A stretch of DNA of 64,000 nt from Somniosus microcephalus (Eukaryota): NCBI GenBank assembly GCA_052327205.1, contig CM126233.1, positions 35,898,001-35,962,000 on the forward strand, read 5' to 3'. Position 1 is the stretch's first letter. Each line of letters begins with the position of its first letter. The notes under the pieces were generated by a model. It made no database searches, was not told where the DNA came from, and was given only the letters and a program-made list of their open reading frames with translations. This document shows positions 1 to 9,815 of the stretch, piece by piece. The position numbers and the translations under genes are program-made.

Positions 1-169
1 GCGAATTGTGTGGGGTATTAGGACATTTGTCCAGGAGAATCGTGTTGATTGCAGAGCATGTTTAGACAGCCGCTGTACTACGGGATTATAGGCAAGAGAA
101 TAGCAACTCCTCGATCACAAATACAGCTTACATTTTGTTCTCAGATGTTGGATTTTCTGCTGGCTGCTG

Positions 170-1343
170 TAGAAACATAGAAGATAGGAGCAGGAGTAGG
201 CCATTCGGCCCCTCGAGCCTACTCCGCCATTCAATGAGATCATGGCTGATCATCCAAATTCAGTACCCTGTCCCTGCTTTCTCCCCATATCCCTTTAGCC
301 TTAAGAAATATATCTAACTCCTTCTTGAATATATTTAATGAATTGGCCTCAACTGCCCTGTGTGGTAGAGAATTCCACAGGTTCACCACTCTCTGGTTGA
401 AGAAATTCCTCCTCATCTCAGTCCTAAATGGCTTACCCCTTATCCTTAGACTGTGACCTCTGGTTTTGGACTCCCCGACCATCGGGAACATCCTTCCAGC
501 ATCTAGTCAGTCTAGTCCTGTTAGAATTTTATAAGTTTCGATGAGATCCCCTCTCATTCTTCTAAACTCTAGTGAATACAAGCCCAATCGACCCAATCTC
601 TCTTCATACATCATTCCTGCCATCCCAGGTATCAGTCTGGTGAATCTTCGCTGCACTCCCTCCATGGCAAGAACATCCTTCCTCAGATAAGGTGACCAAA
701 ACTGCACACAATACTCAAGGTGTGGTCTCACCAAGGCCCTGTACAACTGCAGCAAGACATCCTTGCTCCTGTACTCAAATCCTCTCGCTGTGAAGGCCAA
801 CATACCATTTGCCTTCTTAACCGCCTGCTGCACCTGCATGCTTACCTTCAGCGACTGGTGCACAAGGACACCCAGGTCTCGTTGCACTTCCCCTTTTCCC
901 AATCTATTGCCGTTCAGATAATAATCTGCCTTCCTGTTTTTGCCACCAAAGTGGATAACCTCGCATTTATCCACATTATACTGCATCTGCCATGCATCTG
1001 CCCAATCACCCAACCTGTCCAAATCATACCGGAGTTTCTCTGCATCCTCCACACAGCACACATGCCCACCCAGCTTTGTGTCGTCTGCAAACTTGGAGAT
1101 ATTACATCTAGTTCCCTCATCTAGATCATTAATATATATTGTGAATAACCGGGTTCCTAGCACCGATCACTGCGGTACCCCATTAGTCACTGCCTGCCAC
1201 TCGGAAAAAGACCCGTTTATTCCAACTCTTTGCTTCCTGTCTGCCAACCAGTTTTCTATCCAAGTCAGTACCTTGCCCCCAATCCCATGTGCTTTAACTT
1301 TGCATGCTAATCTCTTATGCAGGACCTTATTGAAAGCCTTCTG
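170..1343 (-). mobile_element. 5'-truncated CR1 LINE (RT C-terminal part plus 3' UTR)
   Basis: GVPQ, FADDTKL, RPHLEYCVQFWSP and TRGHSL motifs; TTCTATG-type tail at 170-183; frameshifted. Confidence 0.93.
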
Positions 1344-2054
1344 TGACTCCAGACCCACAGCAACGTGGTTGACTCTTAACTGCCCTCTGTGGTTCGAGAA
1401 GGCGGCTCACCACCACCTTCTCAAGGGCAATTAGGGATGGGTAATAAATACCAACCTTGCCAGCAACGCCCACATCCCAGGAACGAAAAAAAACCCAACC
1501 AACCTTAAAAAGGTGACATGAGGAAATACTTTTTTACATAATGAGTGATTAGGCTTTGGAATGCACTGCCTGATAGGGCGGTGGATACAGGTTCAATTGT
1601 AGCCTTCAAAAGGAGAAAAAATTGCAGGGAAATGGGAAAGAACGGGGGAGTGAGACTAACTGGATTGCTCTTCGAAAGAGCCGGCATAGACTCGATGGGC
1701 CGAATGGCCGAATGGCCTCCTTCTGTGCTGCACTATTCTATGATTCTATGATTCTGGTTGGTGATGAGGGAATGGAGTTCGTGGTCAGGGCCGAAGATGT
1801 CGGATTCAATCTTCCCAAGTTCATCTGGAGGAAGTTAAAGTATCCCCGTCAGATGTTGCTCTGCTCCTCCGGCTCTATAATTCTTAGTTTGCAGTTTCCA
1901 AAGCTGATTTTAAATCTTTTTCTCTCTTTATCTAACCCGCTGAACCCATCCGTGCGGGGGAGGGCGAGTTGCTGTTTAAATATCACAGAGCGGGGCTTCC
2001 ACCCACTGAGTGAATCAATGAGCAGGACAGTCGCTGGAGACAGGCTGCTAATAT

Positions 2055-2230
2055 ATGCAAATCACCTGCCTGCTGGGTAATGGCAGAATGACAGAAACTG
2101 TATTTCTTTTTCACACAATTATAATTATATTTACAAAGGGTGACTTGTATATATTGTATATATAGTGGATTCCGCACTGACCGCTGTGAATGGGCGAGAA
2201 GCGGGTGGGAGCTCAGCCTCTGTTAAAGGG
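2055..2230 (+). promoter_or_regulatory. Pol II snRNA-type promoter of U3 copy 1 (DSE octamer, SPH-like site, PSE)
   Basis: ATGCAAAT at 2055-2062 (-219) with an adjacent Staf/ZNF143-like TTACCCAGCAGGC on the minus strand. PSE-like TCAGCCTCTGTTAAAGGG at 2213-2230 (about -60). Confidence 0.8.
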
Positions 2231-2273
2231 GGTTTGCTGAGGGTGGGGAGCGGTGTGGCGGCCAATGTTAGGT

Positions 2274-2490
2274 AAGACTATACTTTTATGGATCATTTCT
2301 ATAGTTTTTAACTTGAGAAATGTGTTCTGAAGTGTCTGGTCTCACTAACCACGAGGAGGAGTTACAGCGTTTCCTCCTGAGCGTGAAGCGGGTTACGAGT
2401 GTTGCTTTGTGCAAGAGCTTGTGGCCATTGATGACCGTTCCCTTCTCTCTGTGTGGGAGTTGTGGAAGGAGGAAACGCATTCTGAGTGGT
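2274..2490 (+). ncRNA. SNORD3: U3 snoRNA, copy 1 (type A)
   Basis: 217 nt from AAGACTATACTTTTATGGATCATTTCTATAG (boxes A'/A) to CTGAGTGGT (box D plus terminal stem). Contains ACCACGAGGAGGA (C'), GAGCGTGAAG (B) and TTGATGA (C). Matches vertebrate U3 as recalled. Confidence 0.96.
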
Positions 2491-2503
2491 TAGCTTTTTT
2501 AAC

Positions 2504-2517
2504 GCTGAAAAACAAGA
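2504..2517 (+). terminator. snRNA-type 3' box downstream of U3 copy 1 (equivalent motifs follow the other three copies)
   Basis: GCTGAAAAACAAGA 13 nt after the mature 3' end resembles the GTTTN1-4AANARNAGA consensus. Type B copies have ACTGAAAAATAAGA. Confidence 0.6.
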
Positions 2518-2777
2518 TCAAATTTCCTTTTCTGAGTTTGTTCTGGTTGCAATTCTAGCTCTATTCCAACAGAGGGCTATTGTGTAAAGACAGTGTGCGG
2601 CTGAATCAAGCTGTGCAAAGGCCCTCGGTTCGCAAGCACCGAATGTTCCGAAGTCTCTTTAAAGCCTGAAAATAAGACCATTTTTCATTATTGTCTTACT
2701 TTCGTTTTTCATTTTTGCCCACCTGACATTGTCACCTGCCGACCTGAAACGATAACTCTGTTTCTCTCTCCACAGAT

Positions 2778-3151
2778 CTTCTTAGGCAGTCCCTCGGGAC
2801 CGAGGATGACTTGCTTCCACATTAAAAATTAGTTCTCGGGGGACTGATGAGTCCAATGTGGGACCTACAGTCTCTGTCACAGGTGGGGCAGACGGTGGTT
2901 AAAGGGGCGGGTGGGTGAGGTGCTTGGGTTGACGTGCGCTCATTGCGCTGCCTGCGCTTGGCTTCCGCTTGCTCCCGGCGAAGAGAATCAAGGTGTTCGG
3001 CGCCTTCCCGGATGCTTCTCCTCCACTTTGTGCGGTCTTGGGCCAGGGATTCCCAGGTGTCGGTGGGGATGTTACACTTTTTCAAGGATGCTTTGAGGGT
3101 ATCCTTGAAGCGCCCTGGGGCTCTCTTGCCGTGTCGGAGTTCCGAGTAGAG
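2778..3151 (-). mobile_element. RTE-clade LINE 3' fragment with 7-bp TSD CACAGAT (unit 2: 32516-32889)
   Basis: LYSELRHGKR...FKDTLKASLK...WESLAQDRTKWR...CPTC..C..HIGL. TSD at 2771-2777 and 3152-3158; empty site at ~8951. Confidence 0.88.
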
Positions 3152-3657
3152 CACAGATGCTGCCTGACCTTCTCATTCTTTCCAGCATTTTCAGTATTTA
3201 TTGCATAAGATTTCTGTTCTAAAAAGGGTACGCTAAGCTGGACGCACTGCACCTATTTGCCTTGGTTTTAAATACTGCTAACTTAGCATCTTGTAGGCAT
3301 CGGTCTCATGGTTTGTCATATTTTCCCAACAGGAGTGACAGGAGATTGCAGTGGACATCTCATATACTCACCGGTAGTAAAATACTGCAAAAAGTGATTA
3401 ATATGCTTGCTAACTCATACTCGGCATTTATCAAGGCGCGGGCTTCAGTTCATAGGCAACTGCGACTGCTATGGAAGCCACTCTGCTGCTGTGAGTACAA
3501 GACCTAAATGTTGAGAGAAAGACAAACTACAACAAGTCCGAAATTTATTGCTGTACATCAGCAGCACAAATGGATCTCACAACTGAGAAATTCCTTCCCT
3601 CAGGCTTCTTACAATCTATCAATGTCGAAAACCCGTGATTGGCAGCAACTAACCAGG

Positions 3658-4090
3658 TGTAGTGGCGCTTCTTAGTTTCCAAACAGGCAGCCACTGAGCT
3701 GTGGGGCTGTTAACAACGAGTAGACGCGTGTCGAAATAAAACGTTCCCAAACGTAGCTTTGTCTTTTAAACTGTTTACTATAACACTTCACAAACGGAAT
3801 TACAAAGCAAACACGTATAAACGAACACGGTCAAAAACTGTATTGCTCCAAACCTCACAACTTCTGCCTCCTTCAGCCACGTGGAGTTTAAACTGTAAAA
3901 TGGCTGCATACCATGTGTGGCTTAGGGACTGTACCATTGTGGCAAGAATGAAGGGGGTGTCTCGGACTATACTACTGGAGCAAGAAAATAGGGGGTTTCT
4001 TAATACAATAAGTCAATCAGGTAAATTAACTGTATTATGCTATTTAACCAATATTTTAAAGTATTTTCTTAAGCTTTTACGGCTCTTACA
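3658..4090. mobile_element. Solo LTR (433 bp) of an unrelated LTR element
   Basis: TGTAG...CTTACA termini with 5-bp CCAGG TSD (3653-3657 and 4091-4095). Empty site in the paralogous sub-repeat at ~9458-9462. Confidence 0.8.
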
Positions 4091-4451
4091 CCAGGACTTC
4101 TTGTTCTGTCGAAGGGTCACCGACCTGAAACGTTAACTCTGTTTCTCTCTCCACAGATGCTGCCTGACCTGCTGAGTGTTTCCAGCACTTTTTGTTTTTA
4201 TTTAAGATTGCAGCATCCGCAGTATTTTGCTTTTGTATTCATGTCAGTAACGTGATAGTTTCACGTATTCCGCTTCCTGTATCGATTCACTGATCAACTT
4301 GCACCATTATTATTCCCCATGTTATTTCGAAGTGCAAAATGAAAATCTTTCTCAATATCCCCCGATCTGACACTTCCTCTCTTCCATCACTGCCTCAGGT
4401 TTTCTCTGTGTTTAACTCATCAGGTACCGTTGCTATTTATAAGTGTTATAA

Positions 4452-5175
4452 GTCAGCCGTGGCTCAGCGGGTAGCACTCTCACCACTGAGACAGAAGGCT
4501 GTGGGTCAAAGCCCACTCAGTGAAACTTGAGCACAAAATCCAGGGGCACACTCCAGTGCAGTACTGAGGGAGAGCTGCACTGTTGGAGGGGCAGTACTGA
4601 GGGAGCGCCACACTGTCGGAGGGGCAGTACTGAGGGAGTGTTGCACTGTCGGAGGGGCAGTACTGAGGGAGGGCCGCACTGTCGGAGGGGCAGTACTGAG
4701 GGAGCGCTGCACTGTCGTCGGGGCAGTACTGAGGGAGCGCCGCACTGTCGGAGGGGCAGTACTGAGGGAGCGCCACACTGTTGGAGGGGCAGAACTGAGG
4801 GAGTACTGCACTGTTGGCGGGGCAGTACTGAGGGAGCGCTGCACTGTCGGATGGTGGCCTCTTTCGGATAAGATGTTAAACCGAGGCCCCGTCTGCTTTC
4901 TCAGGTGGATGTAGAAGATTCCACTGACACTATTCGAAGAAGAGCAGGGGAGTTCTCCCCGGTGTCCTGGCCGATATTTATCCCTCAACCAACATCACTA
5001 AAATAAGATTATCTGGTCATTATCACATCGCTGCTTGTGGGATTTTGCTGTGCGCAAATTATCTGCCACATTTCCTACATTACAACAGTAACTACACCTC
5101 AAAACTTCGATTGGTTGTAAAGCACTTTGGGACAACGTCCTGTGGTTGTGAAAGGCGCTATAGAAATGCAAGTCT
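4452..5175 (+). mobile_element. tRNA-derived DeuSINE (SacSINE1/AmnSINE1-like) with an internal 33-bp tandem array (unit 2: 34190-34913)
   Basis: A/B-box-like head (GTGGCTCAGCGGGTAG...GGGTCAAAGCCC). Deu-domain-like core: TTAAACCGAGGCCCCGTCTGC...GAAGAGCAGGGGAGTTCTCCCCGGTGTCCTGG. Confidence 0.8.
4557..4852. repeat. 33-bp minisatellite (GCAGTACTGAGGGAGCGCCGCACTGTCGGAGGG), ~9 units
   Basis: Direct tandem units without spacers. Other arrays lie at 9922-10230, 11145-11393, 34295-34590, 39647-39989 and 45249-45630. Confidence 0.95.
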
Positions 5176-5379
5176 CTTTGCTTTTTACCTATCTGAGGGC
5201 TGGAAGAGCTTTCTATCAGCTTCACTCCAGTATTCGGGTTACACTCGGTTCTGTGGGACCAGATCTGCTGGAAATATGCAGTTCTCTGCCTCTCCAAGCA
5301 TCAGGGGGAGAGAGACAACAGCAGGAATTGGCAACCTATATGACTGCTTAATGTCAACTAAAAAATCCTAACCAGGTCA

Positions 5380-5760
5380 AGTGTGGTCTGGAGCTGGTGA
5401 TCTACTGGAACAGACCTGCGCCTGTTATCACGTTACTGAGGGATATGTGCACCCTGGTAGGTGACAGACAGGTGGACCTCAGGGGAAGGTCTTTGATAGG
5501 ATATCGCACATGTACATATTGGATGTGTTCTCCAAATTGGGGCTCGGAAGAGAATCCACAATTTGATCAAATTGCTCCACTCCTGGGGATCGGGTTTGGA
5601 GGGGCTGGGGTGTACACCAGGAACTGGGAGGTCAAATCAACATTGTAAAGAAACAGCTGTCTATGCGGGTGCAGCACATTCTCTGGAAAAGCCTGATGGT
5701 CAGTTGTGGTGTGTTCTTGGTGCCTGTGTACGTGGCACAGGTCAGTGGGACACCTTTCCC
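5380..5760 (+). mobile_element. Highly degraded Tx1/L1-like ORF2 fragment (unit 2: ~35118-35498)
   Basis: LLGIGFGGAGVYTRNWE and VSCGVFLVPVYVAQV resemble Tx1 post-RT motifs as recalled; frameshifted. Confidence 0.45.
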
Positions 5761-6446
5761 ACTTTTATCTCCCAGTAAGCTTCCAGTCAGAGTTTGGGAT
5801 GAAGGAGGTTGTAGGGCAGGAGGAGGTTACAGGGAAGGAGGAGGTTACAGATAGGGTAGGCTGCGACCGTGGAGTGATTTAAATAAGGGGATGAGAATTT
5901 TAAATTTAAGGCTTTTGTAGATTATGAGCCAACATAGATCAGTGAGGTCAGAGAGGTGCGTGAGTGGAACTTTTTACAGGATAGGATATGGGTAAAGAAA
6001 GAGATAGAACGTGCCTTTGTATGGAGAATAGCAGAGGATTGGATTAACTGAAGTTTATGGAGGATGGGAGGCTGGCCTGGAGAGCATTGGAATAGTCAAA
6101 TCTGGAATTGGTCTCGGCATGGCTGAGGTAGAGGCAGGGGCAATGTTACAGAAGTGGAAGTAGGAGGTCGTTGTGATGGTGAGGATGTGGGAACTGAATT
6201 CGGGGATTAACTGGACGTTAAGGTTGCAAATAGTCTGGTTCAGTTTGAGAAGTGGCCGGAAAGGGGTTTCAGATAATTAAGGAACTTGTACGAATATTGA
6301 ACTTGTAGAAAATCATAGAATGATTAGGCAGAGTCAACATGGTTTTATGAAAGGGAAATCGTGTTTATCAAATTTATTAGAGTATTTTGAGGATGTAATT
6401 AGCAGGGTAGCTAAAGGGGAATAGGCAAGGCCCAGCGTGCTGGACA

Positions 6447-7100
6447 CGGGTACGGTAGCGCAGTGGTTATGATACTGGACTTGTATTTCAGAGACCGGGA
6501 TCTCATGATCTGGCAGATGGGAGTTCAAATCACCACCACAGGCAGCTGGGGAATTTAAATTCAGTTAATTAAATAAATCTGGAATTAAAAACTAGTGTCA
6601 GTAATGGTGTATTATTTTAAACTGAATTAGGACACAAGTTCAAACTATTAAACGGTAATTTTAGGACTGATATCGAGACATTCTCCTTGACACATACAGT
6701 GATCAGCACTTGGAATGGACTCTGAACAGAGTGATGGAGGTGATATTACTGGATTCATTTAAGAGACGTGAGTTCAAATCCCACCACGGCAGCTGGGGAA
6801 TTTTAATTCAGTTAATTAAATAAATCTGGAATAAAAAGCTAGTGTCAGTAATGGTGACCATGTAACTACTGGAATGTTGTAAAAACCCATCTGGTTCACT
6901 AATGTCCTTTAGGGAAGGAAATCTGTCGTCCTTACCCGGTCTGGCCTATATGTGACTCCCGACCCACAGCAACGTGGTTGACTCTTAACTGCCCTCTGTG
7001 GTTCAAGGCGGCTCACCGCCACCTTCTCAAGGGCAATTAGGGATGGGCAATAAATACCAACCTTGCCAGCAACGCCCACATCCCAGGAACGAAGAAAAAC
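6447..7100 (+). mobile_element. Two tRNA-derived SINE copies (6447-6610 partial; ~6730-7100); unit 2: ~36185-36838
   Basis: tRNA-like head GGTAGCGCAGTGGTTA...GAGTTCAAATC, a shared GGAATTTAAATTCAGTTAATTAAATAAATCTGG core and a LINE-like tail with AATAAA. Confidence 0.7.
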
Positions 7101-7110
7101 CCAACCAACC

Positions 7111-7376
7111 TTAAAAAAGTGACATGAGGAAATACTTTTTTACATAATGAGTGATTAGGCTTTGGAATGCACTGCCTGATAGGGCGGTGGATACAGATTC
7201 AATTGCAGCCTTTAAAAAGGAATTGGATAAATACTTGAAGGAGAAAAAATTGCAGGGATATGGGGAAAGAGCGGGGGGAGTGGGACTGACTGGATTGCTC
7301 TTTGAAAGAGCCGGCATAGACTCGATGGGCCGAATGGCCTCCTTCTGTGCTGCACTATTCTATGATTCTATGATTC
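7111..7376 (+). mobile_element. CR1 3'-end fragment (paralogs ~1505-1755, 13169-13432, 31251-31493, 36849-37107, 47394-47658)
   Basis: LWNALP...AFKKELDKYL followed by an (ATTCTATG)n tail. Confidence 0.8.
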
Positions 7377-7476
7377 TGGTTGGTGATGAGGGAATGGAGT
7401 TCATGGTCAGGGCCGAAGATGTCAGATTCAATCTTCCCAAGTTCATCTGGAGGAAGTTAAAGCATCCCCGTCAGAT

Positions 7477-8023
7477 AGAAAAATACTACAGGTGCTGGGA
7501 ATCCGAAATTACAAAAGAAAATGCTGGAAAAACTCAGCAGGCCAGGCAACATCCGTGGAGAGAGAAATAGAGTCAACGTTTCAGATCGAAACCCTTCGTC
7601 AGGACTGAAAAAACACAGGAAATGAAACAGATTAAAAGGCCAGTTTGGGGGCCGGGAAATGGTGATGAGAGAACAAAAGAGAAGCGAAGAGACATTAAGA
7701 GGTATTCAAAACCAGACGAGATGGTGATAGGACTGGTGGAGAGTGGCTGTGAAACTGAGTCTGATCAAACATGAGAAGGGAAACTGAAAGCAATGAAGAT
7801 GAACAAGGTTGAAGAGCCAAAGGGAGATCCCGTCGAAGAGAAGAGCAGAACTTCTTCAAGGTAGGCATTCCTAGAGGGGGTGTGGCAGTGAGCCTTTTAA
7901 TCTGTTTCATTTCCTGCTTTTTTCTCAGTCCTGACAAAGGGTTTCGACCTGAAACGTTGACTCTATTTCTCTCTCCACGGATGTTGCCTGGCCTGCTGAG
8001 TTTTTCCAGCATTTTCTGTTGTT
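7477..8023. mobile_element. Fold-back element with ~130-bp inverted arms of Penelope-associated terminal repeat (paralogs ~13533-14078, 37207-37753, 47758-48303)
   Basis: 7511-7640 is the reverse complement of ~7892-8021. Flanked by the degenerate 13-bp direct repeat ATCCCCGTCAGAT / ATCCGCGTAAGAT. Confidence 0.7.
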
Positions 8024-8236
8024 ATCCGCGTAAGATGTTGCTCTGCTCCTCCGGCTCTATAATTCTTCATTTGCAGTTTCCAAAGCTGATTTTAAATCTT
8101 TTTCCCTCTTTATCTAACCCGCTGAACCCATCCGTGCGGTGGAGGGCGAGTTGCTGTTTAAATCTCTCAGAGCGGGGCTTCCACCCACTGAGTGAATCAA
8201 TGAGCAGGACAGTCGCTGGAGACAGGCTGCTAATAT

Positions 8237-8410
8237 ATGCAAATCACCTGCCTGCTGGGTAATGGCAGAATGACAGCAACTATATTTCTTTCTCACACAA
8301 TTATAATTATATTTACAAAGGGTGATTTGTATATTGTATATATAGTGGATTCCGCACTGACCGCTGTGAATGGGCGCGAAGCGGGTGGGAGCTCAGCCTC
8401 TGTTAAAGGG
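8237..8410 (+). promoter_or_regulatory. Pol II snRNA-type promoter of U3 copy 2
   Basis: Octamer at 8237-8244 and the same PSE-like motif at 8393-8410. Confidence 0.8.
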
Positions 8411-8453
8411 GGTGTGCTGAGTGTGGAGAGCGGTGTGGCGGCCAATGTTAGGT

Positions 8454-8670
8454 AAGACTATACTTTTATGGATCATTTCTATAGTTTTTAACTTGAGAAA
8501 TGTGTTCTGAAGTGTCTGGTCTCACTAACCACGAGGAGGAGTTAAAGCGTTTCCTCCTGAGCGTGAAGCGGGCTGCGAGTGTTGCTTTGTGCAAGAGCTT
8601 GTGGCCATTGATGACCGTTCCCTTCTTTCTGTGTGAGAGTTGTGGAAGGAGGAAACGCATTCTGAGTGGT
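8454..8670 (+). ncRNA. SNORD3: U3 snoRNA, copy 2 (type B)
   Basis: Same boxes A', A, C', B, C and D; a few substitutions relative to copy 1; 6180 bp downstream of copy 1. Confidence 0.96.
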
Positions 8671-9815
8671 TAGTTTTTTTCATACTGAAAAATAAGATCA
8701 AGATTTCTTTTGTGAAAACCAACTCTTGGTTTGCTGTGGCTGTAATTCGAGCTCTATTCCAACAGAGGGCCCTCGTGTAAAGACAGTGTCCGGCTGCATC
8801 AAGCTGTGCAAAGGCCTCGGTTCGCAAACACCGGATCTTTAAAACCTAAAAATAAGACCATTTTTTCTTATTGTCTTACTTTCGTTTTTGATTTTTGCCC
8901 ACCTGACATTGTCATCTGCCGACCTGAAACGTTAACTCTGATTCTCTCTCCACAGATGCTGCCTGACCTTCTCAGTCTTTCCAGCATTTTCAGTATTTAT
9001 TGCATAAGATTCCTGTTCTAAAAACGGTACGCTAAGCTGGACGCACTGCACCTATTTGCCTCAATTTTAAATACTGCTACCTTAGCATCTTCAGTGTAGG
9101 CATCGGTCTTATGGGTTTGTCATATTCTGCCTATCAGGAGTGACAGGAGATTGCAGTGGACATCCCATATACTCACCGGCAGTAAAATACTGCAATAAGA
9201 GATTAATGTGCTTGCTAACTCATACTCGGCATTTATCAAGGCGCGGGCTTCAGTTCATAGACAACTGCGACTGCTATGGAAGCCACTCTGCTGTTGTGAA
9301 TACAAGACCTAAATGTTGAGAGAAAGACAAACTACAACAAGTCCGAAATTTATTGCTGTACATCAGCAGCACAAATGGACCTCACAACTGAGAAATTCCT
9401 TCCCTCGGGCTTCTTACAATCTATCAATGTCGAAAACCCGTGATTGGCAGCAACTAACCAGGACTTCTTGTTCTGCCGAAGGGTCACCGGCCTGAAACGT
9501 TAACTCTGTTTCTCTCTCCACAGATGCTGCCTGACCTGCTGAGTGTTTCCAGCATTTTATGTTTTTATTAAAGATTGCAGCATCCGCAGTATTTTGCTTT
9601 TGTATTCATGTCAGTAACGTGATAGTTTGACGTATTCCGCTTCCTGTATCGATTCATTTATCAACTTGCACCTTATTATTCCCCATGTTATTTCAAAGTG
9701 CAAAGTGAAAATCTTCCTGAATATCCCCCGATCTGACACTTCCTCTCTTCCATCGCTGCCTCAGGTTTTCTCCGTGTTTGACTCATCAGGTACCGTTGCT
9801 ATTTAAGTGTTATAA

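Noticed and set aside
3365-3395. 13-nt ag...gtgagt micro-exon-like pattern on the minus strand
   Set aside because: No partner exons or frame support; likely chance.
4452-4525. tRNA genes at the SINE heads (also ~6447-6540)
   Set aside because: Only degenerate A/B boxes continuing into SINE bodies; no full cloverleaf is evident.
4557-4852. CRISPR-like appearance of the 33-bp repeats
   Set aside because: The units are contiguous without unique spacers, lie inside a SINE in eukaryotic DNA, and no cas genes are present.
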